Under the pieces are notes generated by a model. It was given only the letters and a program-made list of their open reading frames with translations. It did no database searches and had not been told where the DNA came from. A program made the translations under genes and the position numbers. DNA of 64,000 nt, taken from the NCBI GenBank assembly GCA_052426225.1, contig JBNJNM010000013.1, forward strand, positions 1,860,001-1,924,000. The letters run 5' to 3'. This stretch comes from Zancudomyces culisetae HAW-14-8. Lineage: Eukaryota; Fungi; Kickxellomycota. Within the stretch, counting starts at the first letter, position 1, and each line of letters opens with the position of its first letter. Below are positions 1 through 10,554 of the stretch, piece after piece.

Positions 1-2041
1 TCGATACTGTTTTTATCACTCGACTTACAACGGTGTTTTGCGTAAGTATACCAAGTTTGCTTACACTTCCATTTGAGCCAACCAGAAACACTTCACTACT
101 TTCGTTGATCGATATTTTCGATACACCTAGCGAAAGTTGGGCAGGATTTTGAGTAGTTGTGCTTGTAATTGTGCTTTCATTTGCTTTAGATGTCACCGTT
201 GTTGAAGATTCACTGCTCAAATCTTCAGGAATACCTAGTGTAATCACTGAAATTAGACTCAAAGAGACTGCGGGAGAATTCAATACAACCGAGCGTAATT
301 CGGTTGTGTTTTGTGTAGATGTCTCAACCTTTAGCGCTGTGAGTGCAACAACGCTTGTAGAGGTAACACTGGTGATAGAGGTAATGGTAGTTTTATATTT
401 AGCAGTTGACAGAACTGTTAGTGTCATTTCAGGGGTGCTAGATTGAAACGATCTTGATGCAGATTTTGAAACGATGGCGTTTAGTGCTCTGCTGCTTATT
501 GAAGCGTTTTCTGTGTTGCTTGTTGAAACATTATCTGTGTTGCTTGTTGAAACATTATCTGTGTTGCTTGTTGAAGCATTATCTGTGTTGCTTATTGAAA
601 CATTATCTGTGTTGCTTGTTGAAACGCTTGATGTGTTGCTTGCTGAAGCGTTTGCTGAGCTGCTCGGCTTAACTGTCTTTGTTATAACAACGGAACGACG
701 AACAGTACTTGTTATAGTGGGGCGCAGAAGGGTTACAAATTTTGTTTCTGTAACACGCGGCAGCGATTTAGTAGTCGTTTCTAGATTTTCTTGTGCTGTA
801 GTCGATTCCCGTGCTGCAAAAATGGTTTTTGTAAATTCATTAAAAAGAGAAAGCAAAAGATTTTGGTTAACAGTATCAGCAGAGTCTGAAATAACTTCGG
901 TAGTGGTTGGTACGGTTTCCATTGAAGTACTAGTGCTACTAGAAACTTCAGATGTCATCAAAAGGAGGAGATCCTCTGACATGTCTTCTGTGCCTGTCGT
1001 ATCTGTTGCATCCGTTGCATCCGGTTCTACGGTTACTATATCTGTTGCTGTTGTTGTCATTGTAGTTGTTGAACTATCTGACGTGTTTACTGATAGAGAT
1101 CTCACACTTGCAGTATTGGATTGGCTGACTTGTTCGGTGCCTGTAGATGTATTGAGACTTCTGCTATACATCGAATTTCTTTTTACCAAGGGATGAGAGC
1201 TATAGTCCAAAGTAGTAGCGGAAGTGTGGGAGGGGGGTTTTTTATTGGGGTTATCATCCGTAGCACAATTTATATCACAAACCTCTTCCTTGTCCTCCTT
1301 TTCGTTACTCGAACCACCACTGTCTTGATTGTTGCCGAGTACGATATTTCTGCTGTTGCTTCTAATTTTTAGCGGAACATCAAGAGAATCTGAGGGTTTA
1401 TTCTCGCAATTTAAGAGGTTTAGTATTAGTTTTTTGTCCAAAGTAAAGTGGTGGCTAGTGACTTTGCTAATATCAACTCGACGGTTGTTAGTTTCATAAT
1501 CGATCTGTTTTTCGCTGTTTTTGTTGTTATCGTTATTGTTATCATTGACATTGTCTTTATTCTCAGTTTTTGATTCTTTCGTACTTGACGGCAAAAATAA
1601 CAGATTATAATCACTAGGGAAGAAACTAGTGTATTGGACAACTTTTATATAACTGTCATCACCATCACTATCGTTTTTGCTGTTAAATTTTCTCTGCTTA
1701 GTATTACATGCAACATAGTGTTGATTTACGACGTCTGTTTTTAGTGCATAACTATCCTTATTACCAACTGATAGAGTATTAAAACTCCAATTTCCACCAC
1801 CATCTTTTGTTAAAAAAAGCTCGCCAGAAGCAAACTTGAATTCAAGTATGTTGTTGTTGTTGTTGTTGTTGTTGGAAGCTCGTTGATGCTCTTGCGTCTG
1901 GTTTTCGTTCTGATATTGCACCTCGTCGTTGTCAAATATTTTATATTCAAGGCTATCGGGCCTAGACCGCAAGGTAATTATATTGCGTGCACCGCTATTG
2001 ACAGAATAAATGTTTATTATCCCGTTATTACTGTTGATCAT
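1..2041 (-). CDS. Ser/Thr-rich mucin-like hypothetical protein, 3'-truncated by the window edge (>680 aa)
   Basis: Manual translation from ATG at 2041 (MINSNNGIINIYSV...) is open to position 1 with no stop, so it is absent from the ORF track. An Asn/Asp-rich N-terminal part is followed by a Thr/Ser-rich region with 8-aa repeats. The start codon is uncertain (in-frame stop just upstream, no signal peptide seen). Confidence 0.75.
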   Translation of the reverse strand, partial: MINSNNGIINIYSVNSGARNIITLRSRPDSLEYKIFDNDEVQYQNENQTQEHQRASNNNNNNNNILEFKFASGELFLTKDGGGNWSFNTLSVGNKDSYALKTDVVNQHYVACNTKQRKFNSKNDSDGDDSYIKVVQYTSFFPSDYNLLFLPSSTKESKTENKDNVNDNNNDNNKNSEKQIDYETNNRRVDISKVTSHHFTLDKKLILNLLNCENKPSDSLDVPLKIRSNSRNIVLGNNQDSGGSSNEKEDKEEVCDINCATDDNPNKKPPSHTSATTLDYSSHPLVKRNSMYSRSLNTSTGTEQVSQSNTASVRSLSVNTSDSSTTTMTTTATDIVTVEPDATDATDTTGTEDMSEDLLLLMTSEVSSSTSTSMETVPTTTEVISDSADTVNQNLLLSLFNEFTKTIFAARESTTAQENLETTTKSLPRVTETKFVTLLRPTITSTVRRSVVITKTVKPSSSANASASNTSSVSTSNTDNVSISNTDNASTSNTDNVSTSNTDNVSTSNTENASISSRALNAIVSKSASRSFQSSTPEMTLTVLSTAKYKTTITSITSVTSTSVVALTALKVETSTQNTTELRSVVLNSPAVSLSLISVITLGIPEDLSSESSTTVTSKANESTITSTTTQNPAQLSLGVSKISINESSEVFLVGSNGSVSKLGILTQNTVVSRVIKTVS
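485..655 (-). repeat. 24-bp coding tandem repeat (VSTSNTDN-like, ~7 degenerate copies)
   Basis: Unit tgtgttgcttgttgaaacattatc repeated on the + strand. Confidence 0.85.
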
Positions 2042-3599
2042 ACTTTATTATTCTTATTAGGTTGGAAGTCCTCTAATAGTTTTGATGCGTGTCTCATAAA
2101 ATACTTAGTAACAATAATTAAAGTATATAGATATTCAAATACTAGTCGTTGGTAATATTAAGCGTATAAAAAGAGCAACATCGACCTTCAACTTTAAATT
2201 ACTCCCTTTTGCTTTTAAAAAAAAGTCAAAAAGTGCTTTAATGATATAGTTAGATGGATGGAAGAGTTTTTTTATTGTATAATTAGCATTCAAAACTTTT
2301 TTAATTTTTTTAATGGAAAACCACTCCTCGACGCTGATACCACTGTCGTCACTGTCGATGGCTTGAAAATTCAAAGTGATAGAGGTAAAGGAAATGCGTT
2401 TTAAGAGACATTTGGGGGGGATGACCAATTAGCTTTTTTTTGTGTTTCTTTTATAGCATAAGGAATATCTATTGGTGAGCTCGTAGAGGTTAGTGTATAT
2501 TCCGAGCCTGGTGTCTAAATGCTTTTGTTAAAGTAAGCAAATGAAAGCACAAATGTAGAAACAAAAACAGCAAACATGCTTTATTTATCGATACCTTTTA
2601 ACACTTTTTTTTAAATGTTGCTCAAAAGATGGTGCTATTTAAAATCATCGCAGAGTGATGAATTTTGGGTCTACGCGTGTTTATAGTATAGAGAGACTTT
2701 AAGACAAAAAATAGTATCAGATTTGAGATAGGGATGTTGAAGATAAATGGCATGTGGATATCTGAAGATTCTTTATTTTTTTTATGAGTTGGGGGTTATA
2801 GAATGCATAAATGGAAACAGAGAATACCAGTGTCAACGAGTTTATACGTATAATTTAAGGGAGTATACACACATATTGATAAATCCGGAAACGGCGAAAG
2901 ACAAGAGGAACAAAGGAACAAACGAAACAAAAATAACAAATGTTTTATTTGCAAAAGAGTGGGTTGGAATTCTCGTTTTTATTTTTTCTGACCAAAGTGA
3001 AAATAGTATCAAAAGAAATGGAGGTAAGGGGTTTACTACATTGAGGATAAAAATAGATGAGTATATCTATGCTAAGCAAAATTTAAAAAGAATAACAGGG
3101 CGGTTTACCTCGCCAATAATAATCAGGGAAAAAGAGAGCTGTACTCTTTACAAGAGCTACAATATAGGGAAATGAGGAGTGTTACAAGTACATAAAGCAG
3201 TACTCTTTTGTGTTTAAACTTCTATATTATCTATCCGTTATATGTATTAAATTGGTTTTGTTCTTGAACAGAAACCTTCAAGATAATGAACACATACATA
3301 CATACAAATTCACATACACTTCCCCCCTCCCCACACTTAATGAAAGATGGAGCATACTATCATTATTGTTTTAGAATTCATTTGGATTATATGATGTTTT
3401 AGCGCAGACACATGAACAATGGTAAAGAATGTATTTTATTGTATAGTGAGGGGATCCAAGTTATAAAATAAATAAATATTTTCTACATACATATTAAAGC
3501 CAAAGGTGGGACATAAAAAAATAAAGTGGAAGGGAGGAGGGGAGATGTGAGCAAAAGCTAGGAAAAACGAAATTGCGGAGACAAAAAAAAAAGGAAGAA

Positions 3600-6053
3600 T
3601 CAATAATTCGCAACGTTTTTGTCCAATAACAATTTGGAATTGGCAAGATCCAAGATGGTTTGTTCAACTGTAGAGTTGGCAATGAGTTTAAGTACAGTGA
3701 CAGGTTTGGATTGACCAACACGATGTGCTCTGTCCTCAGCTTGTTTGTCGTTGTGGGGGTTGAGGTCAATGTCATGGATGACAACAATGTTTGCGGTGGC
3801 CAAATTGATACCAAATCCACCAGCCTTTGTAGATAACAAAAAAATAGAAATGCCGTCACTAGAAGAGTTATTATTAAAAGAATCGATAAGCTGCTGACGC
3901 TCAGTGGTCTTTGTAGAGCCATCAAGGCGTACGTATAGATAATTCCATGACTTTAAAACAGTTTCGAGAATGTCAAGCATGGAAGTGAACTGGGAAAAGA
4001 TCAAGACTTTTTGGTTGAGGTCGCGGATGTTTGTGGATAAGATGGACTCAAGCTGGACTACTTTTGCAGAATCATAAAGGAGATGAGTAGGTAATTTGTA
4101 GGGCGCAAGTGACGAGTATTTGCGACAGTAATAATCTAATTCAAAGTCACTACACAGCTGCATATCTTGGTAAACGTATTCATAAATAGACTCTTTGTAA
4201 TCAGGTTCAGTTAAGATAAGAGAAGCCATTTTAGCCAGTTTGGAATCATCAAAGTGTGAGCGGACGAGTAGAGGATGATTTGCAATCTTACGTAGATTCA
4301 TCATTTTTGCAGTCCACGATTGAGATGTTTTAGCTTCATTACCATCTGCACTTGATGGAGAAAGTGCTAATACGTCTTCCTCTTTCTGTTTGTCAAACCC
4401 GTACATGTTGACGTGTTTCTCATACAAAGAGCGCTGGTATTCAGTCATTTCGACTTTGATTGTTTGCTGAGTTTTGGCTGGCAGGTCCTTCAGCACATCG
4501 CTTTTTCTTCGCCTTAATACAAACGGAGCTAGTAGCTTCTGCGCTTTTAAAATGTGTTTATGTTCAATCGGTAGTAGTGATTCAGGAACTGAACTCTCAA
4601 CTGTTGAGCCTTCGTCAAGCTGCACGTTTCCGCTCGAGTCATCCTTTTTTGTGGCACCTCCTTTGTTCTTAAATGCTAATTGTAGGGCACCAATACAGTC
4701 ATCAAATATCTTGGGCATAACAAACGCCAACAATGAAACGAGCTCCTGGAGGTTGTTTTGTAGTGGTGTGCCTGTTAGCAGCAATCTGAATGGCGCGCGG
4801 ATCTGCTGGAGGTAGCAGTACCTAACAGACGTGCAGTTTTTGACCATGTGTCCCTCATCTAGTATCATTGTTTTGAATGAAATTCGCCTCAACAGCGCCC
4901 TATCGGTTTTGTTGCTTGTTGCTACATTGTACGTACTTAGCAAGATGTCAAAATCAGCGCCGTACTTTTCGATTTTTAGCCCCATTCGTCGTCGCTCCAT
5001 CTGGTTTCCGTAATAGCTTCGCACCTTTAATGATGGCGAAAACTTTTTTATTTCCAATAACCAATTGTCTAGTGTCGAGGTTGGGCATATAATTAGATGT
5101 GGACCACTAATTCCTTGATCCTTCAGTCCTGTAAGAAATGATATCACTTGGAATGTCTTTCCTAGCCCCATTTCATCTGCAAGTATTCCTGAAGCCTTCG
5201 CTTTATACAGGCTGCCCAACCATGCCACGCCTTCCAGTTGAAATGGTTTCAAACTATACTCTGCATTCAGTGTTTCGCTCTGTTTTAGTTGTACTCCTGC
5301 TTTTAGTCCTTCATATTTCCCGCTGTCTTCATTTGTGTTTATCCCTTCATTTTCTAGTACGTCTTTTAGCCTTCTTGCTACCACAGAGCATTTTTCAATC
5401 ACATTGTCAATCTCTGCAAGCCCTATCACCATGTCATAATACTGTGTTACCACACTCACCCTTAGTCCTTTTGTTTTTCGTATAGTTTCTTCCAAAGCAT
5501 TGTAGTTACGAAATGGTCTGAGTTTCATTATTTCTTGTCTCTCATGTTCTGTGGCTATGGTTTGCATCACCAGCTCTTGTTCTGTTGCTTTGTTAAAAAA
5601 TTGCAGTGTAAGTTTGTCCGCGTCCACCAAGCTCTCTCTGGCTTTATACTCTCTGTCCGAATCCTCATCCTCTGACTCCTCTATGTATTGTTCTTTCCGG
5701 CCACTACCATTTTTGCTGTATTTATAACTATTGCCACCACCAGAGTTTTTATCGATATTTGTTCCAGTTGCCTGGCGTGATACGCCTTTCATGAGTTTTC
5801 GCCTCTTGTTCTCTATCCCATCGCCCCACTCCGTGCTCTGAGCTTTCTTCCCACTTTCCTCCATCAGACTTTTGCTCAGCCACCTTTCGCCATTTCCCTC
5901 CGCAGTTTCTCCTCCAGTATGTCTCTTTAATGGTGAAGATTCCAGTATTATTACGTTTCTATCACCCATTTCTTTACTTTCTTTCATTTCTATATATTCG
6001 TTTACACTTTCGGGTGTATTTGGTGCCAATACTTCTCTAGCTGCCACGCCCAT
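3600..6053 (-). CDS. FUN30: SNF2-family chromatin remodeler, Fun30/SMARCAD1 subfamily
   Basis: GILADEMGLGKT (motif I); LDEGHMVKN (DEGH variant typical of Fun30/SMARCAD1); LLTGTPLQNNL; KVLIFSQFTSMLDILE; LSTKAGGFGINL; NPHNDKQAEDRAHRVGQ. Confidence 0.9.
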   Translation of the reverse strand: MGVAAREVLAPNTPESVNEYIEMKESKEMGDRNVIILESSPLKRHTGGETAEGNGERWLSKSLMEESGKKAQSTEWGDGIENKRRKLMKGVSRQATGTNIDKNSGGGNSYKYSKNGSGRKEQYIEESEDEDSDREYKARESLVDADKLTLQFFNKATEQELVMQTIATEHERQEIMKLRPFRNYNALEETIRKTKGLRVSVVTQYYDMVIGLAEIDNVIEKCSVVARRLKDVLENEGINTNEDSGKYEGLKAGVQLKQSETLNAEYSLKPFQLEGVAWLGSLYKAKASGILADEMGLGKTFQVISFLTGLKDQGISGPHLIICPTSTLDNWLLEIKKFSPSLKVRSYYGNQMERRRMGLKIEKYGADFDILLSTYNVATSNKTDRALLRRISFKTMILDEGHMVKNCTSVRYCYLQQIRAPFRLLLTGTPLQNNLQELVSLLAFVMPKIFDDCIGALQLAFKNKGGATKKDDSSGNVQLDEGSTVESSVPESLLPIEHKHILKAQKLLAPFVLRRRKSDVLKDLPAKTQQTIKVEMTEYQRSLYEKHVNMYGFDKQKEEDVLALSPSSADGNEAKTSQSWTAKMMNLRKIANHPLLVRSHFDDSKLAKMASLILTEPDYKESIYEYVYQDMQLCSDFELDYYCRKYSSLAPYKLPTHLLYDSAKVVQLESILSTNIRDLNQKVLIFSQFTSMLDILETVLKSWNYLYVRLDGSTKTTERQQLIDSFNNNSSSDGISIFLLSTKAGGFGINLATANIVVIHDIDLNPHNDKQAEDRAHRVGQSKPVTVLKLIANSTVEQTILDLANSKLLLDKNVANY

Positions 6054-6850
6054 GGATCCCTTATATTACTGCCTTACTAATTGCTTGTATGTTGATGTTT
6101 GGTAATACCAAGTATTATTTTGGTATTGATATTATTAGCACTTTATCTCTTTGCTTTGCAGTTAATCCCTTTCACTTGTACCTGAAATTTGTCGTGCTCT
6201 GCACATTGTTTTTGCACCAGTTTACATGAAAAAAAATTTTTTTTTCATTGTGGAAACATCACTAAATCAGTTTGGCGATACTTTGACGTGTTGTTGGATA
6301 GATGAAGCATTTTATTATTCAGTAGATAAAAAACCATTTTAATTGGTGGTGTTTGTTTATTGGAATTTGTTTATGAAGCTTTTTCACCAGAATTTCACAA
6401 ATCTGTAAACATTAAACTAGAAAGCGCATCATTCACTCGAGATTAAAGTGAAGCGATTGGTTTAGTAAGTAAAAAAAATCCGCAAATAAAAGTGCTTTGT
6501 TTTCTTCATTATCAAATAAGCGCTGGTCAAAAAGCTGAACATTTAGGCAAAAAAAAAAACAAACTAAAAATGGGGACCAAACTACATACAATTTGATCAT
6601 GGTGGTTTTATCGCCTTTTTGACATCACACATCCACCGAACTTTTTATGTATCAGCTTTTGATATATTGGGATATCCATAGCCATCCGAATCCCATTGTA
6701 GAGAGCCTGATATATAAAATCCGTAGGTTACATGAGTTTTAAAATACAAACCATTCATTTATTACGAGAAGTTTTCCCCAAACTTTACTCTTTGCAAAAA
6801 AAAAGGGCAGACAATATAGCAACGATTACATATACTGAAGATAGTTGACA

Positions 6851-7937
6851 TTAATCATACATTCCATCGCTATCTGAGTTTGTCAAAAATATGTTCTCAC
6901 TTTTCCGCTTTCCCTTAGTGGATATATCCTTCGCTTGTTCATTAACGTTAGCTGTACCACTTTTAGACGCATAACCCGGTTCCACCTCTTTTGAACCTTG
7001 CCCAGAAAGCTGGGCCCAAGTTTCCTTAGAATCTCCATTGTCTTTTCTATGTTCTTTTGCTTGTATTTCTACATTGTACAGATCATCAGAGTCGTATTCA
7101 ACGTCTCCGCTCTTAAAACCGCTTTCATCTGCCTCGCCATCATCTTTATTCTTCGAATCCACTTCAGCGTCGTTGGAATAGTCGCCATCAGCGATCCTGT
7201 AGACACCACTAGCATCTAAAGTCTTGCTGTTGTTACCCGTATTTTCTGTTGTTTCTTTTTTGCCAAGAATTTCATAGCCATCTTCGTCAATATCCTCCTC
7301 CTCTTCTTCGTCCTCGTCCTCTTCAATTATTCCTCCATCGCTATCAATGGTGTTTTTGAGATTATGATTGTTGGTAAGAGATGTTATGGCATCGCGTTCT
7401 CTATTCGGCTGAGACCCCTTATCAACATTTACAATCTTTCCAATTTCTCGCTCTCTCACTCTCTCACCATCACCCATTTCACCCTCCTCATCCTCACCCA
7501 TTCCCTCATTGTCCTTTGTTTCTATATCTCCATCTTGCCCTGTTTCGTGATTTTCTTTACTAATCTCCATAAATCCTTCGTCGAGATTCTCTTCTTCCAC
7601 ATCCTCCGCCATATTCTCCTCAACATGATACATCTCCTCTTCTTTGGGATCAAATTGCGACTTCTCTGATGTTTTTCTCCATTTTAAAATCTTGTATTTA
7701 TTCACAACATCTACCTCTCTACCATCCAGCTTTGGATTTGCCCAGCCTCTCTCCCTATTTTATCAAAGTAGATTATTAACTTGAATTGATTTAAGAATCA
7801 GATTTAATTCATCTTTCCTCATAAAATGGGGGTCAATAAAAGTACCATTTATACACCGGCTCCAAAATTGCACGTCTAAGCCGTTCAGCCTCCTCGCTAT
7901 ACGCCCCCTTTACCCTATACGCTCTTCGTGTGGCCAT
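6851..7937 (-). CDS. BCL7/Rtt102-like protein with long acidic disordered tail (2 exons: 7937-7846, 7754-6851; ~331 aa)
   Basis: A GT-AG intron at 7845-7755 joins MATRRAYRVKGAYSEEAERLRRAILEPVYKW to ERGWANPKLDGREVDVVNKYKILKWRKT in frame with the 6851-7705 ORF. The KWxxxW...I(Y/L)KW pattern resembles the BCL7 N-terminus. Confidence 0.6.
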
Positions 7938-8674
7938 CGTGCCTACTTTCTTCCTATTTTATGGCGAATCTGTAACAAATACTTTATTGCACACGGAGGT
8001 ATTTACCGGAAATCTATTACAATTTGTTTTAAACTTCTTTTCACACTAAGTTCGAATCTTTCCTTTTAGATTAGTGATTTTTAATATGAGCTGATCAGAG
8101 TTGAAGTATTCAAGGATAACCAGAAATGAATCTTTACTATTTTGAAATAAAACCAGAAAATAAGTATTTGTAAATAATTGTCAACACTGATTAATAAGAG
8201 GTTTTTCCAAGTCATAAACTGCTGTGAAAAAAAATATTCAGGATTACGCCGCAAAACTACCAATTTTGGATAGTCTGTAATGAAAAAACCAAAAAGCTTT
8301 TCGTGGTACAAGAAATGTACATGTTTACAATCTCACATTGAAATGTCAGAGAATTCTGTATTATTCCGATAGGTTATTAGGCCAGGTATAACTCCATACA
8401 AAGCAAAAAGTTATAAATCTTTTCCAGCTTCCCTCGATACAGCCGTATCTCAAGCTAAAAGTTATATGTGCTAGTCTTCTCTTTATTGTTTGTTTCCTTA
8501 CAAAAATTCTACGACTATTGTTTACGTTTATAAGAGTAGTTTATATGAAAATTTAATAAAATATTGTGGTTTAAACATCCAGAATACTAGAGTAGTATGG
8601 GGATTTCACAAATTTAAATAGTGTGAGGTGACAAGTGTATGCCAGCAAATGTATGATTTAATTGGCACAACTAA

Positions 8675-10405
8675 CTATTGCACTGGACGTGATCCAAGGT
8701 TAGCGTATCTTCTACACGCAGTTCCACTTGTGGGAGCAGTTGGAGTTTCTATGGTAGGCTCCAATGCAGAAGTTGCTTCCTGTGTTTCTACTGGGATAGG
8801 AGCAGCCTCTGTAGCATCAGTGATTGGTGGTTGAACGGTGTTCGTATCAATAACCTCAGAAAATGTTGATATGGTAGGCATCAGTGCTGTAGGAGGTATT
8901 GCGGTGGTTACCTCAGGTGTTAGTAGTGGTAGTGGAGCGCTTGATATCGGTGCTGGTTCAGGGGCTGGGGATGGGGCTGGAGCTGGAGCTGGGGATAGTT
9001 CAGGAGCTGGAGCTGGGGATGGTTCAGGAGCTGGAGCTGGGGATGGTTCAGGAGCTGGGGCTGGAGCTGGAGCTGGGGATGGTTCAGGGGCTGGAGCTGG
9101 AGCTGGGGATGGTTCAGGAGCTGGAGCTGGGGATGGTTCAGGGGCTGGAGCTGGGGATGGGGCTGGAGCTGGAGCTGGGGATGGTTCAGGGGCTGGAGCT
9201 GGGGATGGTTCAGGAGCTGGAGCTGGGGATGGTTCAGGAGCTGGAGCTGGGGATGGTTCAGGAGCTGGAGCTGGGGATGGTTCAGGAGCTGGAGCTGGGG
9301 ATGGTTCAGGAGCTGGGGCTGGAGCTGGAGCTGGGGATGATTCAGGAGCTGGGGCTGGAGCTGGAGCTGGGGATGATTCAGGAGCTGGGGCTGGAGCTGG
9401 AGCTGGGGATGATTCAGGGGCTGGAGCTGGGGATGGTTCAGGAGCTGGAGCTGGGGATGGTTCAGGAGCTGGAGCTGGGGATGGGGCTGGGGATGATTCA
9501 GGGGCTGGAGCTGGAGCTGGGGATGGTTCAGGAGCTGGAGCTGGGGATGGTTCAGGAGCTGGAGCTGGGGATGGTGATGCAGCTGGGGATGGTGATGGTT
9601 GAGGAGCTGGGGATGGAGTTGGAGTTGGAGTTGGAGTTGGAGTTGGAGTTGGAGTTGGAGTTGGAGTTGGAGTTGGAGTTGGAGTTGGAGTTGGAGTTGG
9701 AGTTGGAGTTGGAGTTGGAGTTGGAGTTGGAACGATTGCAGATGACATTGGGGGTATAGCGATCGCAGATGACGTTGGAGCTCTTGAAGTTATTGGAGTT
9801 GGAGTTGGAGCTCTTGAAGTCAGTGGAGTTGGAGCTCTTGAAGTCAGTGGAGTTGGAGCCCTTGAAGTTATTGGAGTTGGAGTCCTTGAAGTCAGTGGAG
9901 TTGATGATACTGTTGGGACTTGAGGAATTGCGGATGATGTTGGTGGCCTTGAAGCTGGAGCGTTAGGTGCAACCACTGTTGTTACTGTGTTACTGTTTTT
10001 ATAATTGTATCTAATGGTTTGACACTGTAAAAATAGTGATATGGCTGGCAAATCGCTGACAAACATAGCCTCAGGATTTGAGTTGTTTCCAGCTCCATAC
10101 CTACCAGCTTCCTGTGTCAAAGTGTATGGTTTACTATCACAAAGTACTTGATAGGCGTTGTAGTTGGAAAAAATAGGAACACTCTGGTTTGTGGATCGAG
10201 CTCTTATGTTGTTAAGAGAATTTTGAATTGTGTTATAATTCACGATCAATGTATTGAATGGCACATCCTGAGTTGGAAATGATGAGTAACCTTCTGGTGC
10301 CCAAACGTACTGTTGCAGACCACCATTGGGCAAAGATGCCATCAGTATGGCCTTTGGATCATCAAATCCTGTATATGTGCTAACGGTACCACCTATTGTT
10401 GACAT
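8675..10405 (-). CDS. Unknown family member 1: ~145-aa N-terminal domain plus TSRAPTP, (PT)n and (EPSPAPAP)n Pro-rich stalk (576 aa)
   Basis: Long ORF with AAAAATG start context, a TATA upstream and clear paralogs in the window. Confidence 0.85.
   Translation of the reverse strand: MSTIGGTVSTYTGFDDPKAILMASLPNGGLQQYVWAPEGYSSFPTQDVPFNTLIVNYNTIQNSLNNIRARSTNQSVPIFSNYNAYQVLCDSKPYTLTQEAGRYGAGNNSNPEAMFVSDLPAISLFLQCQTIRYNYKNSNTVTTVVAPNAPASRPPTSSAIPQVPTVSSTPLTSRTPTPITSRAPTPLTSRAPTPLTSRAPTPTPITSRAPTSSAIAIPPMSSAIVPTPTPTPTPTPTPTPTPTPTPTPTPTPTPTPTPTPTPTPSPAPQPSPSPAASPSPAPAPEPSPAPAPEPSPAPAPAPESSPAPSPAPAPEPSPAPAPEPSPAPAPESSPAPAPAPAPESSPAPAPAPAPESSPAPAPAPAPEPSPAPAPEPSPAPAPEPSPAPAPEPSPAPAPEPSPAPAPEPSPAPAPAPSPAPAPEPSPAPAPEPSPAPAPAPEPSPAPAPAPAPEPSPAPAPEPSPAPAPELSPAPAPAPSPAPEPAPISSAPLPLLTPEVTTAIPPTALMPTISTFSEVIDTNTVQPPITDATEAAPIPVETQEATSALEPTIETPTAPTSGTACRRYANLGSRPVQ
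8955..9730 (-). repeat. Coding tandem repeats: EPSPAPAP-type array (~8955-9600) and hexamer ggagtt x~19 encoding (PT)n (9615-9730)
   Basis: Repeat units visible directly. Confidence 0.95.
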
Positions 10406-10544
10406 TTTTTATTCTTGCTATAAAGTGCAACTCGGATGGGGATGATTATTGAAGATAAATTTAATAAGGATCTAAAGTAGGATTGTGTTATTAGAAGTAT
10501 ATATCTAATTGTGATGTATGAATATATCGAGGGAAAATGTCACT

Positions 10545-10554
10545 TATTTATATG
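10545..10554 (-). promoter_or_regulatory. Putative TATA box (CATATAAATA) of family member 1
   Basis: The same 10-mer sits at the equivalent position ~145 bp upstream of the paralog, where flanking identity has decayed. Confidence 0.6.

Larger units (their letters stand above)
8374..10554. repeat. Left arm of large imperfect inverted duplication (partner 13452-14927)
   Basis: 8374-8708 is the reverse complement of 14593-14927; 10406-10528 matches 13481-13603 with one mismatch seen. Confidence 0.95.

Noticed and set aside
159-2155. Several Val/Leu-rich plus-strand ORFs
   Set aside because: Antisense shadows of the open minus-strand Ser/Thr-rich gene
8838-9966. GAGAGDGS fibroin-like and (LE)n ORFs on the + strand
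   Set aside because: Antisense readings of the Pro/Ala repeat gene; homology among paralogs is in the minus-strand frame
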